Both the position numbers and the translations under genes were made by a program. Positions 39,201 to 57,200 of a stretch of DNA of 64,000 nt are shown here, in pieces. The DNA is from Eledone cirrhosa (lineage: Eukaryota), in the NCBI GenBank assembly GCA_964016885.1, contig OZ024741.1, forward strand, positions 11,842,001 to 11,906,000, read 5' to 3'. Each line of letters starts with the position of its first letter. Within the stretch, counting starts at the first letter, position 1. Under the pieces are notes generated by a model, which saw nothing but the letters and a program-made list of their open reading frames with translations, was not told where the DNA came from and did not search any database.

Positions 39201-42200
39201 ATACAACTGTAGACATAGACTAGTCATAGACGGTATACATCTGTAGGCACAGACAAGTCATAGACGGTATACAACTGTAGACACAGACTAGTCATAGTCG
39301 GTATACAACTGTAGACACAGACTAGGCATAGACGGTATACAACTGTAGACATAGACTAGTCATAGACGGTATACAACTGTAGACACAGACTAGGCATAGA
39401 CGGTATACAACTGTAGACATAGACTAGTCATAGACGGTATACAACTGTAGACACAGACTAGGCATAAAACGGTATACAACTGTAGACATAGACTAGTCAT
39501 ACACGGTATACAACTGTAGACACAGACTAGTCATAGACGGTATACAACTGTAGACACAGACTAGTCATAGACGGTATACAACTGTAGACACAGACTAGGC
39601 ATAGACGGTATACAACTGTAAACACTGACTAGTCATAGACGGCATACAACTGTAGACACAGACTAGGCATAGACGGTATACAACTGTAGACACAGACTAG
39701 TCATACACGGTATACAACTGTAGACACAGACTAGGCATAGACGGTATACAACTGTAGACATAGACTAGTCATAGACGGTATACAACTGTAGACACAGACT
39801 AGCCATAGACGGTATACAACTGTAGACATAGACTAGTCATAGACGGTATACAACTGTAGACACAGACTAGCCATAGACGGTATACAACTGTAGACATAGA
39901 CTAGTCATAGACGGTATACAACTGTAGACACAGACTAGCCATAGACGGTATACAACTGTAGACATAGACTAGTCATAGACGGTATACAACTGTAGACACA
40001 GACTAGGCATAGACGGTATACAACTGTAGACACAGACTAGTCATACACGGTATACAACTGTAGACACAGACTAGTCATAGACGGATTACAACTGTAGACA
40101 CAGACTAGCCATAGACGGTATACAACTGTAGACACAGACTAGGCATAGACGGTATACAACTGTAGACATACACTAGTCATAGACGGTATACAACTGAGAC
40201 ATAGACTAGGCATAGACGGTATACAACTGTAGACACAGACTAGTCATACACGGTATACAACTGTAAACACAGACTAGTCATACACGGTATACAAATGTAG
40301 ACACAGACTAGTCATACACGGTATAAAACTGTAGACACAGACTAGTCATAGTCGGTATACAACTGTAGACACAGACTAGGCATAGACGGTATACAACTGT
40401 AGAAATAGACAAGTCATAGTCGGTATACAACTGTAGACACAGACTAGGCATAGACGGTATACAACTGTAGACATACACTAGTCATAGACGGTATACAACT
40501 GTAGACATAGACTAGGCATAGACGGTATACAACTGTAGACACAGACTAGTCATACACGGTATACAACTGTAGACACAGACTAGTCATACACGGTATACAA
40601 ATGTAGACACAGACTAGTCATACACGGTATACAACTGTAGACACAGACTAGTCATAGTCGGTATACAACTGTAGACACAGACTAGGCATAGACGGTATAC
40701 AACTGTAGAAATAGACAAGTCATAGTCGGTATACAACTGTAGACACAGACTAGGCATAGACGGTATACAACTGTAGATATAGACTAGTCATAGACGGTAT
40801 ACAACTGTAGACACAGACTAGTCATAGACGGTATACAACTGTAGACACAGACTAGCCATAGACGGTATACAACTGTAGACACAGACTAGTCATAGACGGT
40901 ATACAACTGTAGACATAGACAAGTCATACACGTTATACAACTGTAGACACAGACTAGGCATAGACGGTATACAACTGTAGACACAGACTAGTCATAGACG
41001 GTATACAACTGTAGACATAGACTAGGCATAGACGGTATACAACTGTAGACATACACTAGTCATAGACGGTATACAACTGTAGACACAGACTAGCCATAGA
41101 CGGTATACATCTGTAGACACAGACTAGCCATATACGGTATACAACTGTAGACATACACTAGTCATAGTCGGTATACAACTGTAGACACAGACTAGTCATA
41201 GACGGTATACAACTGTAGACATAGACTAGTCATACACGGTATACAACTGTAGACACAGACTAGTCATAGACGGTATACAACTGTAGACATACACTAGGCA
41301 TAGACGCTATACAACTGTAGACACAGACTAGTCATAGACGGTATACAACTGTACACATAGACTAGTCATACACGGTATACAACTGTAGACACAGACTAGT
41401 CATAGACGGTATACAACTGTAGACATAGACTAGTCATACACGGTATACAACTGTAGACAGAGACTAGGCATAGACGGTATACAACTGTAGACATAGACTA
41501 GTCATACACGGTATACAACTGTAGACATAGACTAGTCATAGACGGTATACAACTGTAGACATAGACTAGTCATAGACGGTATACATCTGTAGACACAGAC
41601 AAGTCAGAGACGGTATACAACTGTAGACACAGACTAGTCATAGTCGGTATACAACTGTAGACACAGACTAGGCATAGACGGTATACAACTGTAGACATAG
41701 ACTAATCATAGACGGTATACAACTGTAGACACAGACTAGGCATAGACGGTATACAACTGTAGACATAGACTAGTCATAGACGGTATACAACTGTAGACAC
41801 AGACTAGGCATAAAACGGTATACAACTGTAGACATAGACTAGTCATACACGGTATACAACTGTAGACACAGACTAGTCATAGACGGTATACAACTGTAGA
41901 CACAGACTAGTCATAGACGGTATACAACTGTAGACACAGACTAGGCATAGACGGTATACAACTGTAAACACTGACTAGTCATAGACGGCATACAACTGTA
42001 GACACAGACTAGGCATAGACGGTATACAACTGTAGACACAGACTAGTCATACACGGTATACAACTGTAGACACAGACTAGGCATAGACGGTATACAACTG
42101 TAGACATAGACTAGTCATAGACGGTATACAACTGTAGACACAGACTAGCCATAGACGGTATACAACTGTAGACATAGACTAGTCATAGACGGTATACAAC

Positions 42201-45200
42201 TGTAGACACAGACTAGCCATAGACGGTATACAACTGTAGACATAGACTAGTCATAGACGGTATACAACTGTAGACACAGACTAGCCATAGACGGTATACA
42301 ACTGTAGACATAGACTAGTCATAGACGGTATACAACTGTAGACACAGACTAGGCATAGACGGTATACAACTGTAGACACAGACTAGTCATACACGGTATA
42401 CAACTGTAGACACAGACTAGTCATAGACGGATTACAACTGTAGACACAGACTAGCCATAGACGGTATACAACTGTAGACACAGACTAGGCATAGACGGTA
42501 TACAACTGTAGACATACACAAGTCATAGACGGTATACAACTGTAGACATAGACTAGGCATAGACGGTATACAACTGTAGAAACAGACTAGTCATACACGG
42601 TATACAACTGTAGACACAGACTAGTCATACACGGTATACAAATGTAGACACAGACTAGTCATACACGGTATAAAACTGTAGACACAGACTAGTCATAGTC
42701 GGTATACAACTGTAGACACAGACTAGGCATAGACGGTATACAACTGTAGATATAGACTAGTCATAGACGGTATACAACTGTAGACACAGACTAGTCATAG
42801 ACGGTATACAACTGTAGACACAGACTAGCCATAGACGGTATACAACTGTAGACACAGACTAGTCATAGACGGTATACAACTGTAGACATAGACAAGTCAT
42901 ACACGTTATACAACTGTAGACACAGACTAGGCATAGACGGTATACAACTGTAGACACAGACTAGTCATAGACGGTATACAACTGTAGACATAGACTAGGC
43001 ATAGACGGTATACAACTGTAGACATACACTCGTCATAGACGGTATACAACTGTAGACACAGACTAGCCATAGACGGTATACATCTGTAGACACAGACTAG
43101 CCATATACGGTATACAACTGTAGACATACACTAGTCATAGTCGGTATACAACTGTAGACACAGACTAGGCATAGACGGTATACAACTGTAGACATACACT
43201 AGCCATAGACGGTATACAACTGTAGACACAGACTAGTCATACACGTTATACAACTGTAGACATAGACTAGTCATAGACGGTATACAACTGTAGACACAGA
43301 CTAGGCATAGATGGTATACAACTGTAGACACAGACTAGTCATACACGGTATACAACTGTAGACATACACTAGTCATAGACGGTATACAACTGTACACACA
43401 GACTAGTCATAGACGGTATACAAATGCAGACACAGACTAGTCATACACGGTATACAACTGTAGACACAGACTAGGCATAGACGGTATACAACTGTAGACA
43501 CAGACTAGTCATACACGGTATACAACTGTAGACACAGACTAGGCATAGACGGTATACAACTGTAGACAAAGACTAGGCATAGACGGTATACAACTGTAGA
43601 CATAGACTAGTCATAGACGGTATACAACTGTAGACATAGACTAGTCATACACGGTATACAACTGTAGACATAGACTAGCCATAGACGGTATACAACTGTA
43701 GACACAGACTAGTCATTGACGGTATACACACTGTAGACATAGACTAGTCATACACGGTATACAACTGTAGACATAGACATGTCATAGATGGTATACAACT
43801 GTAGACATTGACTAGTCATAGACGGTATACAACTGTAGACATAGACTAGTCATAGACGGTATACAACTGTAGACATAGACTAGTCATACACGGTATACAA
43901 CTGTAGACATAGACAAGTCATAGATGGTATACAACTGTAGATATTGACTAGTCATAGAGGGTATACAACTGTAGACACAGACTAGGCATAGACGGTATAC
44001 AACTGTAGACACAGAGTAGGCATACACGGTATACAACTGTAGACACAGACTAGTCATTGACGGTATACAACTGTAGACATAGACTAGTCATACACGGTAT
44101 ACAGGTGTAGACATAGACTAGTCATAGACGGTATACCACTGTAGAGATAGACTAGTCATAGACGCTATACAACTGTAGACATAGACTAGTCATACACGGT
44201 ATACAACTGTAGACACAGACTATGCATAGACGGTATACAACTGTAGACACAGAGTAGTCATACACGGTATACAACTGTAGACATAGACTAGGCATAGACG
44301 GTATACAACCGTAGACACAGAGAAATCATAGACGGTATACAACCGTAGACATAGACTAGTCATAGACGGTATACAACAGTAGACACAGACTAAACATAGT
44401 CGCTATACAATCGTAGACACAGACTAGTCATAGACGGTATACAACTGTAGACATAGACAAGTCATAGACGGTATACAACTGTAGACACAAACTAATCATA
44501 GCCGGTATACAACGGTAGACACAGACTAGTCATAGACGGTATATAACTGTAGACATAGACTAGTTATAGACGGTATCCAACTGTAGAGAAAGACTAGTCA
44601 TAGACGGTATACAACTGTAGAGACAGACTAGTCATAGACAGTATACAACCGTAGACATAGACTAGTCATAGTCGGTATATAACCGTAGACACAGACTAGT
44701 CATAGTCGGTATACAACTGTAGACATAGACTAGTCATAGACGGTATACAACTGTAGACACAGACTAGTCATAGACGGTATACAACTGTAAAAACAGACTA
44801 GTCATAGACGGTATACAACTGTAGACACAGACTAGTCATAGACGGTATACAACTGTAGACATAGACTAGTCATAGACGGTATACAACTGTAGACATAGAC
44901 TAGTCATAGACAGTATACAACTATAGACATAGACTAGTCATACACGGTACACAACTGTAGATATAGACTAGTCATAGACGGTATATAACTGAAGACTCAG
45001 ACTAGGCATAGACGGTATACAATTGTAAACATAGACTAGTCATAGACGGTATACAACTGTAGACATAGACAAGTCATAGACGGTATACAATTGTAGACAT
45101 AGACAAGTCATAGACAGTATACAACTGTAGACAATTCATAGACGGTATACAATCGTAGATATGACTAGTCATAGACGGTATACAACTGTAGAAATAGACT

Positions 45201-48200
45201 AGTCATAGACGGTATACAACTGTAGACACAGACTAGTCATACACGGTATACAGCTGTAGATATAGACTAGTCATAAACAGTATACAACTGTAGACATAGA
45301 CTAGTCATAGACGGTATACAACTGTAAACATATACTAGTCATAGACGGTATACAACTGTAGACACTGTCTAGGCATATACGGTATACAACTGAAGACACA
45401 GACTAGTCATAGACGGTATACAACTGTAAACATATACTAGTCATAGACGGTATACAACTGTAGACACAGACTAGTGATAGACGGTATACAACTGTAAATA
45501 TAGACTAGTGATAGACGCTATACAACTGTAGACACAGACTAGTCATAGACGGTATACAACTGTAAACATAGACTAGTGATAAACGGTATACAACTGTAGA
45601 CGCTGACTAGACATAGACGGTATACAACTGTAAACATATACTAGTCATAGACGGTATACAACTGTAGACACTGTCTAGGCATATACGGTATACAACTGAA
45701 GACACAGACTAGTCATAGACGGTATACAACTGTAAACATATACTAGTCATAGACGGTATACAACTGTAGACACAGACTAGTGATATACGGTATACAACTG
45801 TAAATATGGACTAGTGATAGACGGTATACAACTGTAGACACAGACTAGTCATAGACGGTATACAACTGTAAACATAGACTAGTGATAAACGGTATACAAC
45901 TGTAGACACTGACTAGGCATAGACGGTATACAACTGTAAACATATACTAGTCATAGACGGTATACAACTGTAGACACTGTCTAGGCATATACGGTATACA
46001 ACTGAAGACACAGACTAGTCATAGACGGTATACAACTGTAAACATATACTAGTCATAGACGGTATACAACTGTAGACACTGTCTAGGCATATACGGTATA
46101 CAACTGTAGACACAGACTAGTCATACACGGTATAAAACTGTAGACATAGACTAGTCATAGACGGTATACAACTGTAGACACAGACTAGTTATATACAGTA
46201 TACAACTGTAGACACAGACTAGTCATACACGGTATAAAACTGTAGACATAGACTAGTCATAGACGGTATACAGCTGTAGACATAGACTAGGCATAGACGG
46301 TATACAACTGTAGATATAGACTAGTCATACACGGTATACAACTGTAGACACAGACTAGTCATACACGGTATAAAACTGTAGACATAGACTAGTCATAGAG
46401 GGTATACAACTGTAGACATAGACTAGGCATAGACGGTATAAAACTGTAGACATAGACTAGTCATAGATGGTATACAACTGTAGACATAGAGTAGTCATAG
46501 ATGGTATACAACTGTAGACACAGACTAGTCATAGACGGTATACAACTGTAGACACACACTAGTCATACACGGTATACAACTGTAGACACAGATTAGTCAT
46601 ATACGGTATACAACTGTAGACATAGACTAGTCATACACGGTATACAACTGTAGACACAGACTAGTCATACACGGTATAAAACTGTAGACATAGACTAGTC
46701 ATAGACGGTATAGAACTGTAGACACCGACTAGGCATAGACGGTATACAACTGTAGACAGAGACTAGTCATACACGGTAGACAACTGTAGAGATAGACTAG
46801 TCATACACGGTATACAACTGTAGACATACATTAGGCATAGACGGTATACAACTGTAGACACAGACTAGTCATACACGGTATACAACTGTAGACAGAGACT
46901 AGTCATACACGGTAGACAACTGTAGACATACACTAGGCATAGACGGTATACAACTGTAGACATACGCTAGGCATAGACGGTATACAAATGTAGACATAGA
47001 CTAGGCATAGACGGTATACAACTGTAGACATACACTAGGCATAGACGGTATACAACTGTAGACATAGACTAGGCATAGACGGTATACAACTGTAGACATA
47101 GACTAGTCATAGACGGTATACAACTGTAGACACAGACTAGTCATAGACGGTATACAACTGTAGACACAGACTAGTCATACACGGTATACAACTGTAGACA
47201 TACGCTAGGCATAGACGGTATACAACTGTAGACACAGACTAGTCATAGACGGTATACAACTGTAGACACAGACTAGTCATAGACGGTATACAACTGTAGA
47301 CATAGACTAGTCATTGACGGTATACAACTGTAGACACAGACTAGTCATAGACGGCATACAACTGTAGACACAGACTAGTCATAGACGGTATACAACTGTA
47401 GACATAGACTAGTCATTGACGGTATACAACTGTAGACACAGACTAGTCATAGACGGCATACAACTGTAGACTCAGACAAGTCATTGACGGTATACAACTG
47501 TAGACACAGACTAGTCCTAGACGGCATACAACTGTAGACACAGACTAGTCATAGACGGTATACATCTGTAGACATAGACTAGTCATTAACGGTATACAAC
47601 TCTAGACATAGACTAGTCATAGACGGTATACAACTGTAGACACAGACTAGTCATAGACGGTATACAACTGTAGACACAGACTAGTCATTGACGGTATACA
47701 ACTGTAGACACAGACTAGTCATACACGGTATACAACTGTAGACTCAGACTAGTCATTGACGGTATACAACTGTAGACACAGACTAGTCATACACGGTATA
47801 CAACTGTAGACTCAGACTAGTCATTGACGGTATACAACTGTAGACACAGACTAGGCATACACGGTATACAACTGTAGACTCAGACTAGTCATAGACGGTA
47901 TACAACTGTAGACATAGACTAGTCATAGACGGTATACAACTGTAGACATAGACTAGTCATTGACGGTATACAACTGTAGACTCAGACTATTCATTGACGG
48001 TATACAACTGTAGACACAGTCTAGGCATAGACGGTATACAACTGTAGACACAGACTAGTCATAGACGGTATACAACTGTAGACACAGACTAGTCATACAC
48101 GGTACACAACTGTAGACACAGACTAGGCATAGACGGTATACAACTGAAGACACAGACTAGTCATTGACGGTATACAACTGTAGACATAGACTAGTCATAG

Positions 48201-51200
48201 ACGGTATACAACTGTAGACACAGACTAGGCATAGACGGTATACAACTGTAGACACAGACTAGTCATACACGGTATACAACTGTAGACACAGACTAGTCAT
48301 AGACGGATTACAACTGTAGACACAGACTAGCCATAGACGGTATACAACTGTAGACACAGACTAGGCATAGACGGTATACAACTGTAGACATACACTAGTC
48401 ATAGACGGTATACAACTGTAGACATAGACTAGGCATAGACGGTATACAACTGTAGACACAGACTAGTCATACACGGTATACAACTGTAGACACAGACTAG
48501 TCATACACGGTATACAAATGTAGACACAGACTAGTCATACACGGTATACAACTGTAGACACAGACTAGTCATAGTCGGTATACAACTGTAGACACAGACT
48601 AGGCATAGACGGTATACAACTGTAGAAATAGACAAGTCATAGTCGGTATACAACTGTAGACACAGACTAGGCATAGACGGTATACAACTGTAGATATAGA
48701 CTAGTCATAGACGGTATACAACTGTAAACACAGACTAGTCATAGACGGTATACAACTGTAGACACAGACTAGCCATAGACGGTATACAACTGTAGACACA
48801 GACTAGTCATAGACGGTATACAACTGTAGACATAGACAAGTCATACACGTTATACAACTGTAGACACAGACTAGGCATAGACGGTATACAACTGTAGACA
48901 CAGACTAGTCATAGACGGTATACAACTGTAGACATAGACTAGGCATAGACGGTATACAACTGTAGACATACACTAGTCATAGACGGTATACAACTGTAGA
49001 CACAGACTAGCCATAGACGGTATACATCTGTAGACACAGACTAGCCATATACGGTATACAACTGTAGACATACACTAGTCATAGTCGGTATACAACTGTA
49101 GACACAGACTAGGCATAGACGGTATACAACTGTAGACATACACTAGCCATAGACGGTATACAACTGTAGACACAGACTAGTCATACACGTTATACAACTG
49201 TAGACATAGACTAGTCATAGACGGTATACAACTGTAGACACAGACTAGGCATAGATGGCATACAACTGTAGACACAGACTAGTCATACACGGTATACAAC
49301 TGTAGACATACACTAGTCATAGACGGTATACAACTGTACACACAGACTAGTCATAGACGGTATACAACTGCAGACACAGACTAGTCATACACGGTATACA
49401 ACTGTAGACACAGACTAGGCATAGACGGTATACAACTGTAGACACAGACTAGACATACACGGTATACAACTGTAGACACAGACTAGGCATAGACGGTATA
49501 CAACTGTAGACAAAGACTAGGCATAGACGGTATACAACTGTAGACATAGACTAGTCATAGACGGTATACAACTGTAGACATAGACTAGTCATACACGGTA
49601 TACAACTGTAGACATAGACTAGCCATAGACGGTATACAACTGTAGACACAGACTAGTCATTGACGGTATACACACTGTAGACATAGACTAGTCATACACG
49701 GTATACAACTGTAGACATAGACATGTCATAGATGGTATACAACTGTAGACATTGACTAGTCATAGACGGTATACAACTGTAGACATAGACTAGTCATAGA
49801 CGGTATACAACTGTAGACATAGACTAGTCATACACGGTATACAACTGTAGACATAGACAAGTCATAGATGGTATACAACTGTAGACATTGACTAGTCATA
49901 GAGGGTATACAACTGTAGACACAGACTAGGCATAGACGGTATACAACTGTAGACACAGAGTAGGCATACACGGTATACAACTGTAGACGCAGACTAGTCA
50001 TTGACGGTATACAACTGTAGACATAGACTAGTCATACACGGTATACAGGTGTAGACATAGACTAGTCATAGACGGTATACCACTGTAGAGATAGACTAGT
50101 CATAGACGCTATACAACTGTAGACATTGACTAGTCATACACGGTATACAACTGTAGACACAGACTATGCATAGACGGTATACAACTGTAGACACAGAGTA
50201 GTCATACAAGGTATACAACTGTAGACATAGACTAGGCATAGACGGTATACAACCGTAGACACAGAGAAATCATAGACGGTATACAACCGTAGACATAGAC
50301 TAGTCATAGACGGTATACAACAGTAGACACAGACTAGTCATAGTCGCTATACAATCGTAGACACAGACTAGTCATAGACGGTATACAACTGTAGACATAG
50401 ACAAGTCATAGACGGTATACAACTGTAGACACAAACTAATCATAGTCGGTATACAACGGTAGACACAGACTAGTCATAGACGGTATATAACTGTAGACAT
50501 AGACTAGTTATAGACGGTATCCAACTGTAGAGAAAGACTAGTCATAGACGGTATACAACTGTAGAGACAGACTAGTCATAGACGGTATACAACCGTAGAC
50601 ATAGACTAGTCATAGTCGGTATATAACCGTAGACACAGACTAGTCATAGTCGGTATACAACTGTAGACATAGACTAGTCATAGACGGTATACAACTGTAG
50701 ACACAGACTAGTCATAGACGGTATAAAACTGTAAACACAGACTAGTCATAGACGGTATACAACTGTAGACACAGACTAGTCATAGACGGTATACAACTGT
50801 AGACATAGACTAGTCATAGACGGTATACAACTGTAGACATAGACTAGTCATAGACAGTATACAACTATAGACATAGACTAGTCATACACGGTACACAACT
50901 GTAGATATAGACTAGTCATAGACGGTATATAACTGAAGACTCAGACTAGGCATAGACGGTATACAATTGTAAACATAGACTAGTCATAGACGGTATACAA
51001 CTGTAGACATAGACAAGTCATAGACGGTATACAATTGTAGACATAGACAAGTCAGACGGTATACAACTGTAGACAATTCATAGACGGTATACAATCGTAG
51101 ATATGACTAGTCATAGACGGTATACAACTGTAGAAATAGACTAGTCATAGACGGTATACAACTGTAGACACAGACTAGTCATACACGGTATACAACTGTA

Positions 51201-54200
51201 GACATAGACTAGTCATAGACGGTATACAACTGTAGACATAGACTAGTCATAGACGGTATACAACTGTAAACATATACTAGTCATAGACGGTATACAACTG
51301 TAGACACTGTCTAGGCATATACGGTATACAACTGAAGACACAGACTAGTCATAGACGGTATACAACTGTAAACATATACTAGTCATAGACGGTATACAAC
51401 TGTAGACACAGACTAGTGATAGACGGTATACAACTGTAAATATAGACTAGTGATAGACGGTATACAACTGTAGACACAGACTAGTCATAGACGGTATACA
51501 ACAGTAGACACAGACTAGTTATAGTCGCTATACAATCGTAGACACAGACTAGTCATAGACGGTATACAACTGTAGACATAGACAAGTCATAGACGGTATA
51601 CAACTGTAGACACAAACTAATCATAGCCGGTATACAACGGTAGACACAGACTAGTCATAGACGGTATATAACTGTAGACATAGACTAGTTATAGACGGTA
51701 TCCAACTGTAGAGAAAGACTAGTCATAGACGGTATACAACTGTAGAGACAGACTAGTCATAGACAGTATACAACCGTAGACATAGACTAGTCATAGTCGG
51801 TATATAACCGTAGACACAGACTAGTCATAGTCGGTATACAACTGTAGACATAGACTAGTCATAGACGGTATACAACTGTAGACACAGACTAGTCATAGAC
51901 GGTATACAACTGTAAAAACAGACTAGTCATAGACGGTATACAACTGTAGACACAGACTAGTCATAGACGGTATACAACTGTAGACATAGACTAGTCATAG
52001 ACGGTATACAACTGTAGACATAGACTAGTCATAGACAGTATACAACTATAGACATAGACTAGTCATACACGGTACACAACTGTAGATATAGACTAGTCAT
52101 AGACGGTATATAACTGAAGACTCAGACTAGGCATAGACGGTATACAATTGTAAACATAGACTAGTCATAGACGGTATACAACTGTAGACATAGACAAGTC
52201 ATAGACGGTATACAATTGTAGACATAGACAAGTCATAGACAGTATACAACTGTAGACAATTCATAGACGGTATACAATCGTAGATATGACTAGTCATAGA
52301 CGGTATACAACTGTAGAAATAGACTAGTCATAGACGGTATACAACTGTAGACACAGACTAGTCATACACGGTATACAGCTGTAGACATAGACTAGTCATA
52401 AACGGTATACAACTGTAAACATATACTAGTCATAGACGGTATACAACTGTAGACACTGTCTAGGCATATACGGTATACAACTGAAGACACAGACTAGTCA
52501 TAGACGGTATACAACTGTAAACATATACTAGTCATAGACGGTATACAACTGTAGACACAGACTAGTGATAGACGGTATACAACTGTAAATATAGACTAGT
52601 GATAGACGCTATACAACTGTAGACACAGACTAGTCATAGACGGTATACAACTGTAAACATAGACTAGTGATAAACGGTATACAACTGTAGACGCTGACTA
52701 GACATAGACGGTATACAACTGTAAACATATACTAGTCATAGACGGTATACAACTGTAGACACTGTCTAGGCATATACGGTATACAACTGAAGACACAGAC
52801 TAGTCATAGACGGTATACAACTGTAAACATATACTAGTCATAGACGGTATACAACTGTAGACACAGACTAGTGATATACGGTATACAACTGTAAATATGG
52901 ACTAGTGATAGACGGTATACAACTGTAGACACAGACTAGTCATAGACGGTATACAACTGTAAACATAGACTAGAGATAAACGGTATACAACTGTAGACAC
53001 TGACTAGGCATAGACGGTATACAACTGTAAACATATACTAGTCATAGACGGTATACAACTGTAGACACTGTCTAGGCATATACGGTATACAACTGAAGAC
53101 ACAGACTAGTCATAGACGGTATACAACTGTAAACATATACTAGTCATAGACGGTATACAACTGTAGACACTGTCTAGGCATATACGGTATACAACTGTAG
53201 ACACAGACTAGTCATACACGGTATAAAACTGTAGACATAGACTAGTCATAGACGGTATACAACTGTAGACACAGACTAGTTATATACAGTATACAACTGT
53301 AGACACAGACTAATCATACACGGTATAAAACTGTAGACATAGACTAGTCATAGACGGTATACAGCTGTAGACATAGACTAGGCATAGACGGTATACAACT
53401 GTAGATATAGACTAGTCATACACGGTATACAACTGTAGACACAGACTAGTCATACACGGTATAAAACTGTAGACATAGACTAGTCATAGAGGGTATACAA
53501 CTGTAGACATAGACTAGGCATAGACGGTATAAAACTGTAGACATAGACTAGTCATAGATGGTATACAACTGTAGACATAGAGTAGTCATAGATGGTATAC
53601 AACTGTAGACACAGACTAGTCATAGACGGTATACAACTGTAGACACACACTAGTCATACACGGTATACAACTGTAGACACAGATTACTCATATACGGTAT
53701 ACAACTGTAGACATAGACTAGTCATACACGGTATACAACTGTAGACACAGACTAGTCATACACGGTATAAAACTGTAGACATAGACTAGTCATAGACGGT
53801 ATAGAACTGTAGACACAGACTAGGCATAGACGGTATACAACTGTAGACAGAGACTAGTCATACACGGTAGACAACTGTAGAGATAGACTAGTCATACACG
53901 GTATACAACTGTAGACATACATTAGGCATAGACGGTATACAACTGTAGACACAGACTAGTCATACACGGTATACAACTGTAGACAGAGACTAGTCATACA
54001 CGGTAGACAACTGTAGACATACACTAGGCATAGACGGTATACAACTGTAGACATACGCTAGGCATAGACGGTATACAAATGTAGACATAGACTAGGCATA
54101 GACGGTATACAACTGTAGACATACACTAGGCATAGACGGTATACAACTGTAGACATAGACTAGGCATAGACGGTATACAACTGTAGACATAGACTAGTCA

Positions 54201-57200
54201 TAGACGGTATACAACTGTAGACACAGACTAGTCATAGACGGTATACAACTGTAGACACAGACTAGTCATACACGGTATACAACTGTAGACATACGCTAGG
54301 CATAGACGGTATACAACTGTAGACACAGACTAGTCATAGACGGTATACAACTGTAGACACAGACTAGTCATAGACGGTATACAACTGTAGACATAGACTA
54401 GTCATTGACGGTATACAACTGTAGACACAGACTAGTCATAGACGCCATACAACTGTAGACACAGACTAGTCATAGACGGTATACAACTGTAGACATAGAC
54501 TAGTCATTGACGGTATACAACTGTAGACACAGACTAGTCATAGACGGCATACAACTGTAGACTCAGACAAGTCATTGACGGTATACAACTGTAGACACAG
54601 ACTAGTCCTAGACGGCATACAACTGTAGACACAGACTAGTCATAGACGGTATACATCTGTAGACATAGACTAGTCATTAACGGTATACAACTCTAGACAT
54701 AGACTAGTCATAGACGGTATACAACTGTAGACACAGACTAGTCATAGACGGTATACAACTGTAGACACAGACTAGTCATTGACGGTATACAACTGTAGAC
54801 ACAGACTAGTCATACACGGTATACAACTGTAGACTCAGACTAGTCATTGACGGTATACAACTGTAGACACAGACTAGTCATACACGGTATACAACTGTAG
54901 ACTCAGACTAGTCATTGACGGTATACAACTGTAGACACAGACTAGGCATACACGGTATACAACTGTAGACTCAGACTAGTCATAGACGGTATACAACTGT
55001 AGACATAGACTAGTCATAGACGGTATACAACTGTAGACATAGACTAGTCATTGACGGTATACAACTGTAGACTCAGACTATTCATTGACGGTATACAACT
55101 GTAGACACAGTCTAGGCATAGACGGTATACAACTGTAGACACAGACTAGTCATAGACGGTATACAACTGTAGACACAGACTAGTCATATACGGTACACAA
55201 CTGTAGACACAGACTAGGCATAGACGGTATACAACTGAAGACACAGACTAGTCATTGACGGTATACAACTGTAGACATAGACTAGTCATAGACGGTATAC
55301 AACTGTAGACACAGACTAGGCATAGACGGTATACAACTGTAGACACAGACTAGTCATACACGGTATACAACTGTAGACACAGACTAGTCATAGACGGATT
55401 ACAACTGTAGACACAGACTAGCCATAGACGGTATACAACTGTAGACACAGACTAGGCATAGACGGTATACAACTGTAGAAATAGACAAGTCATAGTCGGT
55501 ATACAACTGTAGACACAGACTAGGCATAGACGGTATACAACTGTAGATATAGACTAGTCATAGACGGTATACAACTGTAGACACAGACTAGTCATAGACG
55601 GTATAGAACTGTAGACACAGACTAGCCATAGACGGTATACAACAGGTAGACACAGACTAGTCATAGACGGTATACAACTGTAGACATAGACAAGTCATAC
55701 ACGTTATACAACTGTAGACACAGACTAGGCATAGACGGTATAAAACTGTAGACACAGACTAGTCATAGACGGTATACAACTGTAGACATAGACTAGGCAT
55801 AGACGGTATACAACTGTAGACATACACTAGTCATAGACGGTATACAACTGTAGACACAGACTAGCCATAGACGGTATACATCTGTAGACACAGACTAGCC
55901 ATATACGGTATACAACTGTAGACATACACTAGTCATAGTCGGTATACAACTGTAGACACAGACTAGGCATAGACGGTATACAACTGTATACATACACTAG
56001 CCATAGACGGTATACAACTGTAGACACAGACTAGTCATACACGTTATACAACTGTAGACATAGACTAGTCATAGACGGTATACAACTGTAGACACAGACT
56101 AGTCATAGACGGTATACAACTGTAGACACAGACTAGTCATAGACGGTATACAACTGTAGACATAGACTAGTCATAGACGGTATACAACTGTAGACATAGA
56201 CTAGTCATAGACAGTATACAACTATAGACATAGACTAGTCATACACGGTACACAACTGTAGATATAGACTAGTCATAGACGGTATATAACTGAAGACTCA
56301 GACTAGGCATAGACGGTATACAATTGTAAACATAGACTAGTCATAGACGGTATACAACTGTAGACATAGACAAGTCATAGACGGTATACAATTGTAGACA
56401 TAGACAAGTCAGACGGTATACAACTGTAGACAATTCATAGACGGTATACAATCGTAGATATGACTAGTCATAGACGGTATACAACTGTAGAAATAGACTA
56501 GTCATAGACGGTATACAACTGTAGACACAGACTAGTCATACACGGTATACAACTGTAGACATAGACTAGTCATAGACGGTATACAACTGTAGACATAGAC
56601 TAGTCATAGACGGTATACAACTGTAAACATATACTAGTCATAGACGGTATACAACTGTAGACACTGTCTAGGCATATACGGTATACAACTGAAGACACAG
56701 ACTAGTCATAGACGGTATACAACTGTAAACATATACTAGTCATAGACGGTATACAACTGTAGACACAGACTAGTGATAGACGGTATACAACTGTAAATAT
56801 AGACTAGTGATAGACGGTATACAACTGTAGACACAGACTAGTCATAGACGGTATACAACAGTAGACACAGACTAGTTATAGTCGCTATACAATCGTAGAC
56901 ACAGACTAGTCATAGACGGTATACAACTGTAGACATAGACAAGTCATAGACGGTATACAACTGTAGACACAAACTAATCATAGCCGGTATACAACGGTAG
57001 ACACAGACTAGTCATAGACGGTATATAACTGTAGACATAGACTAGTTATAGACGGTATCCAACTGTAGAGAAAGACTAGTCATAGACGGTATACAACTGT
57101 AGAGACAGACTAGTCATAGACAGTATACAACCGTAGACATAGACTAGTCATAGTCGGTATATAACCGTAGACACAGACTAGTCATAGTCGGTATACAACT

